This document shows positions 53,101 through 62,123 of a DNA stretch of 64,000 nucleotides, in pieces. The position numbers and the translations under genes are program-made. Source of the DNA: an uncultured Candidatus Saccharibacteria bacterium (GTDB lineage Bacteria; Patescibacteriota; Minisyncoccia; Phycocordibacterales; UBA9973); the NCBI GenBank assembly GCA_964646765.1, contig CAZYIA010000003.1, positions 2,815 to 66,814 on the forward strand, given 5' to 3'. How positions within the stretch are numbered: position 1 is the stretch's first letter; each line of letters opens with the position of its first letter. The notes beneath the pieces were generated by a model, which had not been told where the DNA came from, ran no database searches, and worked only from the letters and a program-made list of their open reading frames with translations.

Positions 53101-53330
53101 TTAGCAATTACTTTTTCAACGAAATAGGTGTTCACTGGTAAAAAGTACACTTCGTCAGCAAGTTCTTTCGACGTTTGAAATGTCGCAATGTTTGGGTTGA
53201 TGAGAATACTTTTGATTCCTTCTTCTTTGAGCGCCTTGATTGCTTGTGAGCCCGAATAATCGAATTCGCCGGCTTCACCAATTTTAAGCGCGCCACTTCC
53301 AAGCACTAGAATTTTTTTGAATTTTTTCAT
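50136..53330 (-). CDS. carB: Carbamoyl-phosphate synthase large subunit
   Basis: 1064 aa. Duplicated ATP-grasp halves and an MGS-like C-terminus. 1-nt intergenic gaps to carA and pyrB. Confidence 0.95.
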   Translation of the reverse strand: MKKFKKILVLGSGALKIGEAGEFDYSGSQAIKALKEEGIKSILINPNIATFQTSKELADEVYFLPVNTYFVEKVIAKEKPDGIMLSFGGQTALNCGLALREKGILKKYGVAVLGTPVDSIELTEDRQLFADHLRAIGIPTAPSGAATTLVEAQKLATQIGLPVMVRAAFTLGGQKSGVAHTEAELKEIVEGALAVSPQVLIEKYLHHFKELEYEVVRDSFNNTVTVCNMENFDPLGIHTGDSIVIAPSQTLSNDEYHGLRLASIKIVQSLGIVGECNVQYAVNPNPKNGELDYYVIEVNARLSRSSALASKATGYPLAYVAAKLALGYSLLDIKNKITQVTQSFFEPALDYVVVKFPRWDLEKFVGADEKIGSAMKSVGEVMAIGRNFEEALQKAVRMQSGAIESVTDNGFGDETLKKFLETPTPKRLFAIAESLKRGKSVEELYKITGVDPWFLYRVQAIVEAEKDLLVTKKLDKENLTNLKQLGFSDKKIGALLHKTEFEVRKLRKKLGIMPNVFQIDTLAGEVPAKTNYLYLTYHGNHHDVKPLGKSAITVLGSGPYHIGSSVEFDWSCVNAALALKRHKKLSVIVNCNPETVSTDYDISDRLYFENLSFETVADIFEFEHSGGLIISVGGQRPNNLAKKLSKEGFPILGTTAANIDRAEDRNAFSAMLDKLEILQPKWQSFSTVEEAKKFTDAVGYPVLVRPSYVLSGAAMSVCYNQEQLEAFIGKAAVLGPEHPVTISKFVENAKELEFDAVAQNGELMVYGISEHVENAGVHSGDATIVFPTQRVYASTEFQIRDISKKIAKELSITGPFNIQFLVKDNKPSVIEVNLRASRTFPMLSKAMDVNFPGMAVDSFFGKAKKHDYEYPRSVIVKSPQFSFSRLLGADPILRVEMSSTGEVACFGKDYDEALLKSIMSAHTFDYRKKDVLLSLGGEINKAKFIEAARQLVTLGYNISATEGTANFLKGQGVACNMVRKASEPSPNFLDLVNGKNVGFVVNLSETGRIKAGKKTTDGFQIRRAAVDNQIPLFTDLHLARAFVKALSNYSIDDLEIKSYKEYVS

Positions 53331-53331
53331 C

Positions 53332-54411
53332 TTATTTCTTTGCGGACTTTTTAGCCGGAGCGACGAGGCCAGCTTTTTCTAAGAAGTAATCAAAGATCCA
53401 GTCAGTATCGAGTGGGCCAGGGGAGCTTTCAGGGTGGAACTGTACACTCATAAATGGAAGTTTTTCGTGAATGATTCCTTCGTTCGTGCCGTCGTTTCCG
53501 TTATAGAACCATTCTTTAAATCCTTTCGGAATTTTCTTTACTGCAAAGCCGTGGTTTTGGGTGGTGAGGTAGGCTTGCTTGGTTCCGGAGAGTACCGCTG
53601 GTTGGTTTTGGCTGCGGTGGCCGAATTTTAGTTTGTAGGTAGAGCCGCCAGACGCGAGTGCTAAAATTTGGTTACCAAGACAAATACCGAGGGTTGGAAT
53701 TTTCTTAGCCACAATCTTTTTTACGTTCGCAATTGTTGCTTTTACTTTCGTTGGATCACCAGGACCGTTTGAAATGAGTACTGCATCAACAGGGAATGGG
53801 AGTGCGGTGACGTCGGTATCCCAAGGAACGACAACCACTTTTAATCCGCGAGCGAGTAAACGGCGAACCATGTTGCGCTTTTCGCCACAGTCGATAACCA
53901 CAATTGTTTTTGCGCCGTTACCTTGCGAGACAATTTCTTTGGTTGAAACTTCAGCAGAAAGGTTACGAACGTTTGGATCTTCAAACGGAATGTTTTTTCC
54001 GCCTGCCTGAATTTTGCCAAGCATCACACCTTTAGTGCGGAGTTTTTGAGTAAGGCCGCGAGTGTCTTTTATTTCAAGCGCTGGAATACCTTCAGCTTTG
54101 AACCAATCAGAGAGAGTGCGGAGGGAAGCATGATGCGATGGTGTGCCCACATAGGAAGAAACGATGAGACCGGCAACTTGGATTTTTGAAGATTCCCAAC
54201 TTTCTGGTTTCGGTACGCCATAGTTTCCAACAAGTGGAAATGTCATAACCAAAATTTGCCCGCGGAATGATGGATCGGTTAACGCTTCGGGGTAGCCCAC
54301 CATACCGGTAGCAAATACCACTTCGCCCGCCATCGAAACATCGGCGCCGAAACTCATTCCTTCTAATGTTGTGCCGTCTTTTAAGACCAGCGTTCCTTTT
54401 TTAGTTGCCAT
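53332..54411 (-). CDS. carA: Carbamoyl-phosphate synthase small (glutamine amidotransferase) subunit
   Basis: GATase triad context (GICLGNQIL...HRSQNQP...FHPE). Confidence 0.9.
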   Translation of the reverse strand: MATKKGTLVLKDGTTLEGMSFGADVSMAGEVVFATGMVGYPEALTDPSFRGQILVMTFPLVGNYGVPKPESWESSKIQVAGLIVSSYVGTPSHHASLRTLSDWFKAEGIPALEIKDTRGLTQKLRTKGVMLGKIQAGGKNIPFEDPNVRNLSAEVSTKEIVSQGNGAKTIVVIDCGEKRNMVRRLLARGLKVVVVPWDTDVTALPFPVDAVLISNGPGDPTKVKATIANVKKIVAKKIPTLGICLGNQILALASGGSTYKLKFGHRSQNQPAVLSGTKQAYLTTQNHGFAVKKIPKGFKEWFYNGNDGTNEGIIHEKLPFMSVQFHPESSPGPLDTDWIFDYFLEKAGLVAPAKKSAKK

Positions 54412-55630
54412 ACACTCTTCCTTTAATTACTGTCATAACCTGACGACCAGGAAACTCCAGGCCCTCAAACGGCGACCAACCGCATTTGGTTTTTAAATGT
54501 GACCTCTCAATAACTTTTTCTCCGGTAATATCACGAATCGTTAGAGAACCAACATAGCCTTCCTCGATTTTTCCGTACTTTGTAGGGAGGAAATTATTCA
54601 AAAAGTTTCCGGGATTTTCGGCGCAGACGCGAGCAATATCTTCGGGAGTAAAACTATGTTCGCGCATGAGCCAGTTGGTGAACGGAGCGTAGGTGTCGAG
54701 ATGTGGCATTCCAGAAATCCCAGTTTGTTTTTCTTCGAGGGTGTGTGGTGCGTGATCGGTAGCGAGATAATCGATGCGGCCATCTTTGAGAGCGGCGATG
54801 AGGGCTAGGCGATTTTCTTTGGTTTGGCGAATTGGCGGATTAACTTGGAGTTTGCGGTGGAGTTCAGTGTCGAACATTGATGCATCAAAGTAGAGATGAT
54901 GCGGTGTTACTTCAACAGTGACATCAACGCCGCGCTTTTTTGCTTCGTTTATTTTTTCCACTGCTTCTATAGTTGAAGCGTGGCAGATTTTTCCGTGAAG
55001 TTCGTATTTTTCAATGAGAGCGATGGCGGTGTCGACGGCAGATGCTTCGGCTTCGGGTGGCCGCTTAGCTTCATGCGTGCGAGCGTTTTTGTGTTCGTCC
55101 ATAATTTTTGGGTCTTCGCAGTGGAAACTGACAAACTCGCCGCGATAATTTTCGAGCGCCTTTTCTAAATCTTCACGTGAAGTAAAGAACATGTCGCCGA
55201 TTGATTTTCCCATGAACACTTTGTAGGGAACTTTTTTTGAAAGTGGTTTGGTGTGGACACCGATCGCTGCGTATAACAGTACTTCGGCAATTGATTTTTT
55301 AGTGAGCAGTTCTTTTGCCGCGTAGGTTGCATCATCAGATGGGGGAATTGGGTTGTTTGGCATTTCAGCGTAGGCAACTACACCGCCATTTACTGCAGCG
55401 AGGCCGGCAGTTTTAAAATCCTCTTTATATTCTTGGGTGTGGCTCATGTCTTCACGAGCGTGGACGTGGAGATCGATGAAGCCCGGGAAGATCAGTTCGC
55501 TTGCGAGGGTAATGTCGGCGCTTCCAGTTGGCTCACTAATAGAAGTAATAAGGCCGGTTGCCGTATCGATTTCAATTCGGCAGCGTTTGACCCCTGTATT
55601 CAGTACAGCGTTTCCTTCGATACTAAACAT
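54401..55630 (-). CDS. pyrC: Dihydroorotase (amidohydrolase superfamily)
   Basis: Likely start at the internal MFSIEGNAV (55630). FPGFIDLHVHARE metal-binding motif. It overlaps the carA start, giving a pyrC-carA-carB-pyrB operon. Confidence 0.75.
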   Translation of the reverse strand: MFSIEGNAVLNTGVKRCRIEIDTATGLITSISEPTGSADITLASELIFPGFIDLHVHAREDMSHTQEYKEDFKTAGLAAVNGGVVAYAEMPNNPIPPSDDATYAAKELLTKKSIAEVLLYAAIGVHTKPLSKKVPYKVFMGKSIGDMFFTSREDLEKALENYRGEFVSFHCEDPKIMDEHKNARTHEAKRPPEAEASAVDTAIALIEKYELHGKICHASTIEAVEKINEAKKRGVDVTVEVTPHHLYFDASMFDTELHRKLQVNPPIRQTKENRLALIAALKDGRIDYLATDHAPHTLEEKQTGISGMPHLDTYAPFTNWLMREHSFTPEDIARVCAENPGNFLNNFLPTKYGKIEEGYVGSLTIRDITGEKVIERSHLKTKCGWSPFEGLEFPGRQVMTVIKGRVYGN

Positions 55631-55832
55631 ATATTTGGGACAAAAAAATAGCCCCCACAACGGGGACTTCCTCGATACAATCTGCGGAGCTCTTCGCCTC
55701 GGCATTACGACACATTGGGTACGATGATAGCATCTTTCGTTAGTATTGCAAGCAAAAGCAGGTTTTTATATATCTTTAAAATACATTGAAAAATAAGGGT
55801 TAAATTGGATATTTAGTAATCCCCATGCTACT

Positions 55833-56264
55833 ATGCATAGAGTGAAGTATCTCGGTATCGATTATGGCACCAAACGTATCGGCCTCGCCCTCTCGGACGA
55901 GAGCGGCACTTTAGCATTTCCGCACAGTGTTTTGCCCAATGCAATGGGTGTAACAGCAGCAATTGAAGATTTAATTCGAAGTGAAAAGATTGAAGGTATT
56001 GTGATGGGAGAATCTATCGCAGCAGACGGTAGTGAAAATCCAGTACAAGCCCAAGCAAAAAATTTTGCCGTAGCACTCGAGCGTCGTTTTGAGGTGCCGG
56101 TATATTTTGAAAAAGAATTTTTTACCTCAGCACACGCGCATGGCGGAAAAGGGAAAGAGTCTCTCCATGCTCGCCAAACAAAATTTAACGCGCCAGAAAA
56201 TTTAGATGCTTCTGCCGCCGCACTCATTCTTCAGCGGTATTTAGATAAACAGAAAAAGTCTTAG
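55833..56264 (+). CDS. ruvX: Holliday-junction-resolvase-like / pre-16S rRNA nuclease YqgF (RuvX)
   Basis: LGIDYGTKRIGLALSDESGTLAFP is the RNase H-fold YqgF signature. Confidence 0.8.
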   Translation: MHRVKYLGIDYGTKRIGLALSDESGTLAFPHSVLPNAMGVTAAIEDLIRSEKIEGIVMGESIAADGSENPVQAQAKNFAVALERRFEVPVYFEKEFFTSAHAHGGKGKESLHARQTKFNAPENLDASAAALILQRYLDKQKKS

Positions 56265-56266
56265 CT

Positions 56267-57964
56267 ATGGAAAATCGAAACTGCCAAAATTGTAAAAAGA
56301 ATTTCACAATTGAATCTCGTGATTTTAACTATTACGAGAAAATTGGTGTTCCAGCACCGTCATGGTGCCCACTCTGTCGTTTTATTCGCCGCACGGCGTT
56401 TGTGAACGGGTGGTCACTTTTTTGGCGAAACTGCGACAAGTGTTCAAAGCGCACGCTTTCGATGTATCCACCGGATCAAAAAATTACGGTGTACTGCCAA
56501 CCGTGTTGGTGGGGAGATAGTTGGGATGGAACCGAGTATGCGCAAGACTATGATCCGTCGAGGCCATTCTTAGAGCAGGTGAAAGAACTTTCAGAGAAGA
56601 CACCATTTTGCGCGCTCGAGACTACATACCTAACGCTCAAAGACTGCGAGTATTGTAATGCAATTGCTTACGGTAAAAACTGCATGCTCGCGACTTGGCT
56701 CGACTACTGCGAAAATGTCTGTTTTTCTTCATACTTAAATGGCAGTAAAGATATTTCAGACTGTCTTCGCATGCAGGAATCGGAACTCTGCTATGAATCA
56801 ATTGGCCAAACAAAAGGGTATCACGTTTTTTATTCAGAAGAGTGTGATGGTTGTACTGATGTATGGTTCTCCCGCAATCTCTATAGTTCGAGTAACTGTA
56901 TTGGCTGTGTAAATATGCGTGGTGCTTCGTACTGTATTTTTAATGAGAAATATACGAAAGAAGAATACGCGGAAAAATTGAAAGAGTTTAAATTACATAC
57001 TCGAGCGGGAATTCTCGCTTTTAAAGAAAAAGCGGAGGCGTTTTGGAAATCTCATCCGTATCGCGAGTACTCAGGAAATACCTTGAACGTAAACGTTACC
57101 GGAGAATATACCTACCAGTCAAAAAATTCTACCGACATGTACATTTCGACTGGCGCCGAAGATTGTGCGCACAGCCAATTTATTACGGTAGCACCAGCGC
57201 GCGACTGTACAGATTACTCGGGGTGGGGAAATGGTGCTGAACTTATTTATGAATCAGCAAACATTGGTGACAACGTGAACAATGTTCGATTTTCGGTCTA
57301 TTGTTTTCCAGATGTGCTGCAGACTGAATACTCAATGTGGGCGATTGCTGGAAAATATAATTTTGGTTGCGTAAATCTTAAAAGAAAACAGTATGCGATC
57401 TTGAACAAGGTTTATGATAAAGAAACTTATGAAAAACTTCGTGCCGAAATTATCGAAGATATGAAAAAGCGTCCATATGTAGATGTAACTGGCAAACAAT
57501 TTTTCTACGGTGAATTTTTCCCGCCGGAGTTTTCAAAGTTTGCATATAACACTTCGAACGCTTCTAAATATTTTTGGAAAACAAAAGAAGAAGTCGCTCT
57601 CATGGGTTCATTTTGGTACGACGAGGAACCGCAAAATATCGTAGCAACAATAACTGCTGATGCATTGCCAGAAACAATTGCCGAAGTGAGCGAGGCGATT
57701 ATGAAAGAAACTATTCAGTGCGCTACCTGTGATCGAAAATATCGTATTGCTCAACTTGAGCTTTCTATTCTCCAAAAGCTCTTAATGCCGATTCCGACGA
57801 GTTGCCCAAAGTGCCGTGAAGCGAGTCGCTTTAAAAAGATGAATATGCCAATACTTCGAGACTCAAGCTGTGCACATTGTGGTAAAGCCATTAAAACGGC
57901 GTTTCCAGCTGATACGGACAAAACTGTGTATTGTGTCTCTTGCTATCAGGCCACAGTGATATAA
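56267..57964 (+). CDS. Cys-rich multi-zinc-ribbon protein of unknown function (paralog 2 of 2; 565 aa)
   Basis: Starts 3 nt after the ruvX stop. It has the same length and architecture as 7686..9383: N-terminal ribbons (CQNCKKNF..YY..P..CPLCR ... CDKCSK..VYCQPCWW), conserved ESELCYE, and C-terminal ribbons (CATCDRKY.. CPKCR ... CAHCGK ... YCVSCY). About 30% identity to paralog 1. Confidence 0.8.
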   Translation: MENRNCQNCKKNFTIESRDFNYYEKIGVPAPSWCPLCRFIRRTAFVNGWSLFWRNCDKCSKRTLSMYPPDQKITVYCQPCWWGDSWDGTEYAQDYDPSRPFLEQVKELSEKTPFCALETTYLTLKDCEYCNAIAYGKNCMLATWLDYCENVCFSSYLNGSKDISDCLRMQESELCYESIGQTKGYHVFYSEECDGCTDVWFSRNLYSSSNCIGCVNMRGASYCIFNEKYTKEEYAEKLKEFKLHTRAGILAFKEKAEAFWKSHPYREYSGNTLNVNVTGEYTYQSKNSTDMYISTGAEDCAHSQFITVAPARDCTDYSGWGNGAELIYESANIGDNVNNVRFSVYCFPDVLQTEYSMWAIAGKYNFGCVNLKRKQYAILNKVYDKETYEKLRAEIIEDMKKRPYVDVTGKQFFYGEFFPPEFSKFAYNTSNASKYFWKTKEEVALMGSFWYDEEPQNIVATITADALPETIAEVSEAIMKETIQCATCDRKYRIAQLELSILQKLLMPIPTSCPKCREASRFKKMNMPILRDSSCAHCGKAIKTAFPADTDKTVYCVSCYQATVI

Positions 57965-58015
57965 TAGAGGAGTTACTAAAGGTCCTCTTTTATTAGCACT
58001 CACATATACATTTGT

Positions 58016-58270
58016 ATGATGATGCATAAAGGTCCAACAGCAAAAATTTGCTGGATCCTCGTTATTATTGGCGGGCTTAACTGGGGTCTTGTCGGTCTCG
58101 GTATGCTTATTGGCACCAACTTAAATGTGGTGAACCTTATCTTCGGCAGCATGCCGACGCTTGAGGCAATCATTTACCTCATTGTTGGTCTGTCTACCTT
58201 GTGTAAAATTTTTATGCACGGTAAGCACATGGAAGCTCCGATGGGGCAGCCAGGAATGGGCGCAAAGTAA
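58016..58270 (+). CDS. DUF378-family small membrane protein
   Basis: ICWILVIIGGLNWGLVGL..IIYLIVGLSTL is the DUF378 signature. Confidence 0.6.
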   Translation: MMMHKGPTAKICWILVIIGGLNWGLVGLGMLIGTNLNVVNLIFGSMPTLEAIIYLIVGLSTLCKIFMHGKHMEAPMGQPGMGAK

Positions 58271-58285
58271 ATATAAAGGTACTTC

Positions 58286-58319
58286 AAAAACACTCCGACA
58301 ATCTGTCGGAGTGTTTTTG
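58286..58319 (+). terminator. Rho-independent terminator
   Basis: aaaaacactccgaca-atc-tgtcggagtgttttt. Confidence 0.75.
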
Positions 58320-58343
58320 AATAAATAGTGTAAAATACCGACT

Positions 58344-58754
58344 ATGAGTGAAGAACAAAAAATTTCGGAGGTAACAGAAACTGTGCCAGCTCCGGCAGCG
58401 CCCGTATATGTTTCGTATGATGAATTTAAAAAGATGGACATGCGCGTTGGCACGATTCAGGAAATTACGCCGGTTGAAGGTGCTGATAAACTACTTCGTT
58501 GTCTTATCGATTTCGGCGAAAAAAATGAAGATGGTACCCGCAAGCTTCGCCAAATCGTTTCTGGTATCCGGGAGTATTTTCCAGAGTTTGAACAGCTGGT
58601 AGGGAAGCAGGTGCTCTACATCATTAACCTTGAGCCGCGAACGATCCGCGGCGTAGAGTCACATGGCATGCTTATGGCCGTTGATGGTATTGATGGCAAA
58701 CCAGTATTTCTTACGCCCGACGTGCCAGTGGCTCCTGGTACCAAAGTTCGCTAA
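58344..58754 (+). CDS. tRNA-binding protein (CsaA/Trbp111-type OB-fold domain)
   Basis: ..DMRVGTIQEITPVEGADKLLRCLIDFGE...VVNLEPRTIRGVESHGMLMA matches the MetG-C-terminal/EMAP-like tRNA-binding domain. Confidence 0.7.
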   Translation: MSEEQKISEVTETVPAPAAPVYVSYDEFKKMDMRVGTIQEITPVEGADKLLRCLIDFGEKNEDGTRKLRQIVSGIREYFPEFEQLVGKQVLYIINLEPRTIRGVESHGMLMAVDGIDGKPVFLTPDVPVAPGTKVR

Positions 58755-59356
58755 TGAATTGGCTTAACCCAACATTCTTACTCCAAACATTTGGCCTAGC
58801 CGGAGTTTTTGCAATTGTGTTTGCTGAAACAGGAATGCTCCTTGGATTATTTCTGCCGGGTGATTCACTTCTGTTTGTGGCAGGACTTTTTGCTTGGCAT
58901 GGATACTTTTCTATCTGGGTGCTCTATATCGGTACGACGCTCGCAGCAATTATTGGCGACAGCACAGGCTACTGGCTTGGGAAAAAAGCCGGTCCAAAGA
59001 TTTTTGTTCGCGAGGAATCTTTGTTCTTTAAAAAAAGCCATGTAGAAAAAACCCAAGCATTTTTTGATCGCTACGGAGCGTGGACAATTTTTGTTGCGCA
59101 TTTTATTCCTTTTGTCCGTACGGTTGCTCCTACTATGGCAGGAGTAGGGCAGATGCCGTATCGAACCTTTTTCTTTTGGAATGTATTAGGTGGTATTGTT
59201 TGGACCGCAGTATTCATTTTTAGCGGATTCTTTCTTGGCAAGATATTACCGAATAGCGAGCATCTTCTTTCATACCTAACACTTGGCATCATTGTCGTTT
59301 CTCTCATTCCGGTTGGAGTTCAGCTATTTCGGGTTTGGAAAAATAAACATCACTAG
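58754..59356 (+). CDS. DedA-family membrane protein
   Basis: LFLPGDSLLFVAGLFAW...GYWLGKKAGPKIF is the DedA/SNARE-associated signature. Confidence 0.75.
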   Translation: MNWLNPTFLLQTFGLAGVFAIVFAETGMLLGLFLPGDSLLFVAGLFAWHGYFSIWVLYIGTTLAAIIGDSTGYWLGKKAGPKIFVREESLFFKKSHVEKTQAFFDRYGAWTIFVAHFIPFVRTVAPTMAGVGQMPYRTFFFWNVLGGIVWTAVFIFSGFFLGKILPNSEHLLSYLTLGIIVVSLIPVGVQLFRVWKNKHH

Positions 59357-59394
59357 GCTGTTTCTTGGAGCAAGTTCGCGTATAATGGGGGAGT

Positions 59395-60477
59395 ATGTCC
59401 GTGTCCTCCCTTAAAACATTTTTCCCAATACCATCGATCATTACGCCGCGTTCAGTTGGTTTTGATGTTTCTGATCAATCAATCAAGTTTGTGGAACTTG
59501 CTGAGCGTTCTTACGGACTCGACGTCATCCGCCACGGTGCAATTTCTATCCCCCAAGGGGTCATTATCTCTGGCAAGATCCAAGACACCGTTCGCTTTAC
59601 CGATATTTTGCAAACATTTCAAAAAAAAGAGCGCGTTAGTCGTGTACGCGTGTCGCTTCCTGAAGAGCAAGTATATCTTTTTGAAATTAGTATCCCGAAA
59701 GTTGAGCCGAAAGAAATTCCAGGAACTATTGAGTTGTCACTTGAGGAACATATTCCAATTAAAGCTTCCGAAGCAGTATTTGATTATTCGCTGATTCGAG
59801 AAACAGAAACAAATTTTGATCTTCAGGTAGCCGCACTTCCTGTTGGCGTAGCAGAAAGTTATGTTTCGGTCTTTCGTGATGCAGGACTTGATCCAATTTC
59901 ATTAGAGCTTGAAGCTCAAGCGGTGGCTCGAGCGGTAACGCAACGAGGGGAGAAAGTAACCGTATTGGTTATCGATTTTGGTGAAACACGAACTGGCATT
60001 TCGATTGTTGAAAATGGCTTGGTGCGGTTTACGACGACGCTTGAAATTGGAGGTTACGCTATTACCAAAACAATTGAAAAAATGTGCCAGTGTAATTTTG
60101 CTGATGCTGAGCGGATGAAGCGCACCATCGGTCTTTCACGCAAGCCTGAGCACGAAGAACTTTTTTCAACATTACTCCAAAGCATTGCCGTACTCCGTGA
60201 CGAAGTAAATAAACACTATCTCTATTGGCATACGCACAAAGATGAGCTTGGCGGGGAACACCAGAAAATTGCGAGTATTACGCTAGTAGGCGGTAATGCG
60301 AACATGCCTGGTCTACAAGAATATCTTGCAGCTTCTCTTAAGACAAAAGTAACGATTGCTAATCCTTGGATTAACATCACCGATCCTCATGTGCGAATTC
60401 CTTCTATTGAAAGTACTGACGCGCTTTCCTATGCCACGGCTCTTGGTCTTGCCTTAGGCGACGAATCATATGATTAA
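59395..60477 (+). CDS. pilM: Type IV pilus assembly ATPase-fold protein PilM
   Basis: Actin-like fold pattern (VGFDVSDQSIKFVEL...VIDFGETRTGISIVENG...VGGNANMPGLQEYL). Confidence 0.75.
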   Translation: MSVSSLKTFFPIPSIITPRSVGFDVSDQSIKFVELAERSYGLDVIRHGAISIPQGVIISGKIQDTVRFTDILQTFQKKERVSRVRVSLPEEQVYLFEISIPKVEPKEIPGTIELSLEEHIPIKASEAVFDYSLIRETETNFDLQVAALPVGVAESYVSVFRDAGLDPISLELEAQAVARAVTQRGEKVTVLVIDFGETRTGISIVENGLVRFTTTLEIGGYAITKTIEKMCQCNFADAERMKRTIGLSRKPEHEELFSTLLQSIAVLRDEVNKHYLYWHTHKDELGGEHQKIASITLVGGNANMPGLQEYLAASLKTKVTIANPWINITDPHVRIPSIESTDALSYATALGLALGDESYD

Positions 60478-61024
60478 CATGCTGCCACAACAAGAGCAGA
60501 GCAGGTTACGCCGAGCATACCAATTTCGGATCGCGGCTCTTGGGACAATGATGGCGTCGCTGGTGATGCTTGTTGCCGTTGCTCTCTTACTTCCAGCATA
60601 TATTCTTACGAGTATCCGCCGTCAAACAGTTGCGGATCGTTTAAAAATGTTGGACACACGAGAAATTGATTCTAAGGTTGGTTCACTCAATAGCATCATT
60701 ACTGATATTAATGACCGACTAAAAATTTTCAAAAAGCCTAATGAAATAATGGTGGTTTCATCCGATATGTTGCTCCCGGTGCTTGCACAAACAAAGAGCA
60801 CGCTTTTAGTAAATTCTTTTTCTACCGATCGAACACCGGAGGGGCTCTATACTATTTCAGTTGGTGGGGTGGCAAAAAATCGTGAAGCTCTTCTTATGTT
60901 TGAACGAGCACTACGTGCAACACCAACATTTACTGGGGTAGATGTTCCGATTTCTAACTTTGTACGAGGTTCAGATATTCTCTTTTCAATGCAATTTACC
61001 AAGACTAGTGAAACCAATAAGTAG
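60470..61024 (+). CDS. Type IV pilus assembly protein PilN
   Basis: MINMLPQQEQSRLRRAYQFRI plus a single TM. Overlaps pilM by 8 nt. Confidence 0.65.
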   Translation: MINMLPQQEQSRLRRAYQFRIAALGTMMASLVMLVAVALLLPAYILTSIRRQTVADRLKMLDTREIDSKVGSLNSIITDINDRLKIFKKPNEIMVVSSDMLLPVLAQTKSTLLVNSFSTDRTPEGLYTISVGGVAKNREALLMFERALRATPTFTGVDVPISNFVRGSDILFSMQFTKTSETNK

Positions 61025-61025
61025 T

Positions 61026-61727
61026 ATGCGAGAATTACGAAAAAGCACGACGCTCTTTATCGCAAGTCTCATCGGATTCTTGGCTCTTTCGGGTATCTAT
61101 ACTTTTATTTTTCTTGACCTTCGAGATAGAAACGCTGCTATTCTCATGATGCACCAGGATCTTTTAGAAAAAGAACATCAGGCAAAAGAACGTTTAGAGC
61201 TTGAGCGAACCATCATCACTACCGATGCTGATCGTCAAACGCTTCAGTCCTACTTTGTTTCCGGAGATAAAGCCGTGGCGTTTCTTGAAACCCTTGAATC
61301 TTACGGAAAAACAGCGGGGACGGCTTTTGAAATTCAAACAGTAGATATTATTAACCCTACAACCCAGACAACAGCTACGTCTCAACCTCAAGGAGATGCT
61401 ACTGATACGAATCAGCCAACAACTACGGTGAAGCCAAGTAACGATGAGCACCCATCATTAGTATTTACTGTTCATGCGTTGGGCCGATTTGAAGATATTT
61501 ATCAGCTTTTGCTTCTGTTAGAAAACGCACCATACGAATTTGAGTTTGAGAAAGTAACCCTACACCATCTTGATTTGAGTAAGAACATCTCTCCAACCGC
61601 TAAGATTGAAGAGGTACTGCCTAAGATGGCTAACATTGAGCGTATTAACCCGGCAAGTATTCTTTACTTATGGGATGCAACATTTACGATTAAACTTCTT
61701 ACATTTACCCCAACGTCACAAGAGTAG
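61026..61727 (+). CDS. PilO-like pilus assembly protein
   Basis: ATG at 61026, 2 nt after the pilN stop. N-terminal TM plus a coiled-coil (LLEKEHQAKERLELER). Confidence 0.5.
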   Translation: MRELRKSTTLFIASLIGFLALSGIYTFIFLDLRDRNAAILMMHQDLLEKEHQAKERLELERTIITTDADRQTLQSYFVSGDKAVAFLETLESYGKTAGTAFEIQTVDIINPTTQTTATSQPQGDATDTNQPTTTVKPSNDEHPSLVFTVHALGRFEDIYQLLLLLENAPYEFEFEKVTLHHLDLSKNISPTAKIEEVLPKMANIERINPASILYLWDATFTIKLLTFTPTSQE

Positions 61728-61729
61728 CT

Positions 61730-62050
61730 ATGGATAAACTCAAACACATTTTTGCGCATCATAAACGAACACCGAAGTTTTCGAAGCCGTTTGAGCATTC
61801 TCCGGTACGCATTTGGAAAATTTTTCTCATTGCAACAACACTACTCTCGATTGGAGCTGTGATTGCATCTTGGTTTTTCTTCCGGACTCTTACAACCGAT
61901 GCGGTGTTTGATTCAGACGTACAAGGATCTTCGGGTGAACTTATTCAACACAGTAAATTAGAAACAGTGCTTTCCCACTATAAAGATAAGACAGAAAAGT
62001 TTAAACAATACTCAGAAGAGAAACCGGTGATTAAAGATCCGAGTATATAG
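61730..62050 (+). CDS. Small hypothetical membrane protein (pilus-cluster associated)
   Basis: 106 aa, one TM. Immediately follows the PilO-like gene. Confidence 0.4.
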   Translation: MDKLKHIFAHHKRTPKFSKPFEHSPVRIWKIFLIATTLLSIGAVIASWFFFRTLTTDAVFDSDVQGSSGELIQHSKLETVLSHYKDKTEKFKQYSEEKPVIKDPSI

Positions 62051-62123
62051 TATTCGCTTGGCCACGAATAATTTCTCGCCGTCGCTCAAAATTTTCTCGG
62101 CCCCGGCTCACGGTTTTTCACCA

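Noticed and set aside
50136-53330. Numerous 60-100-aa ORFs on both strands inside carB, and similar ones inside polA, nrdJ and the histidine kinase gene
   Set aside because: They are fully nested in or antisense to long, well-conserved genes. This is the typical spurious frame noise.
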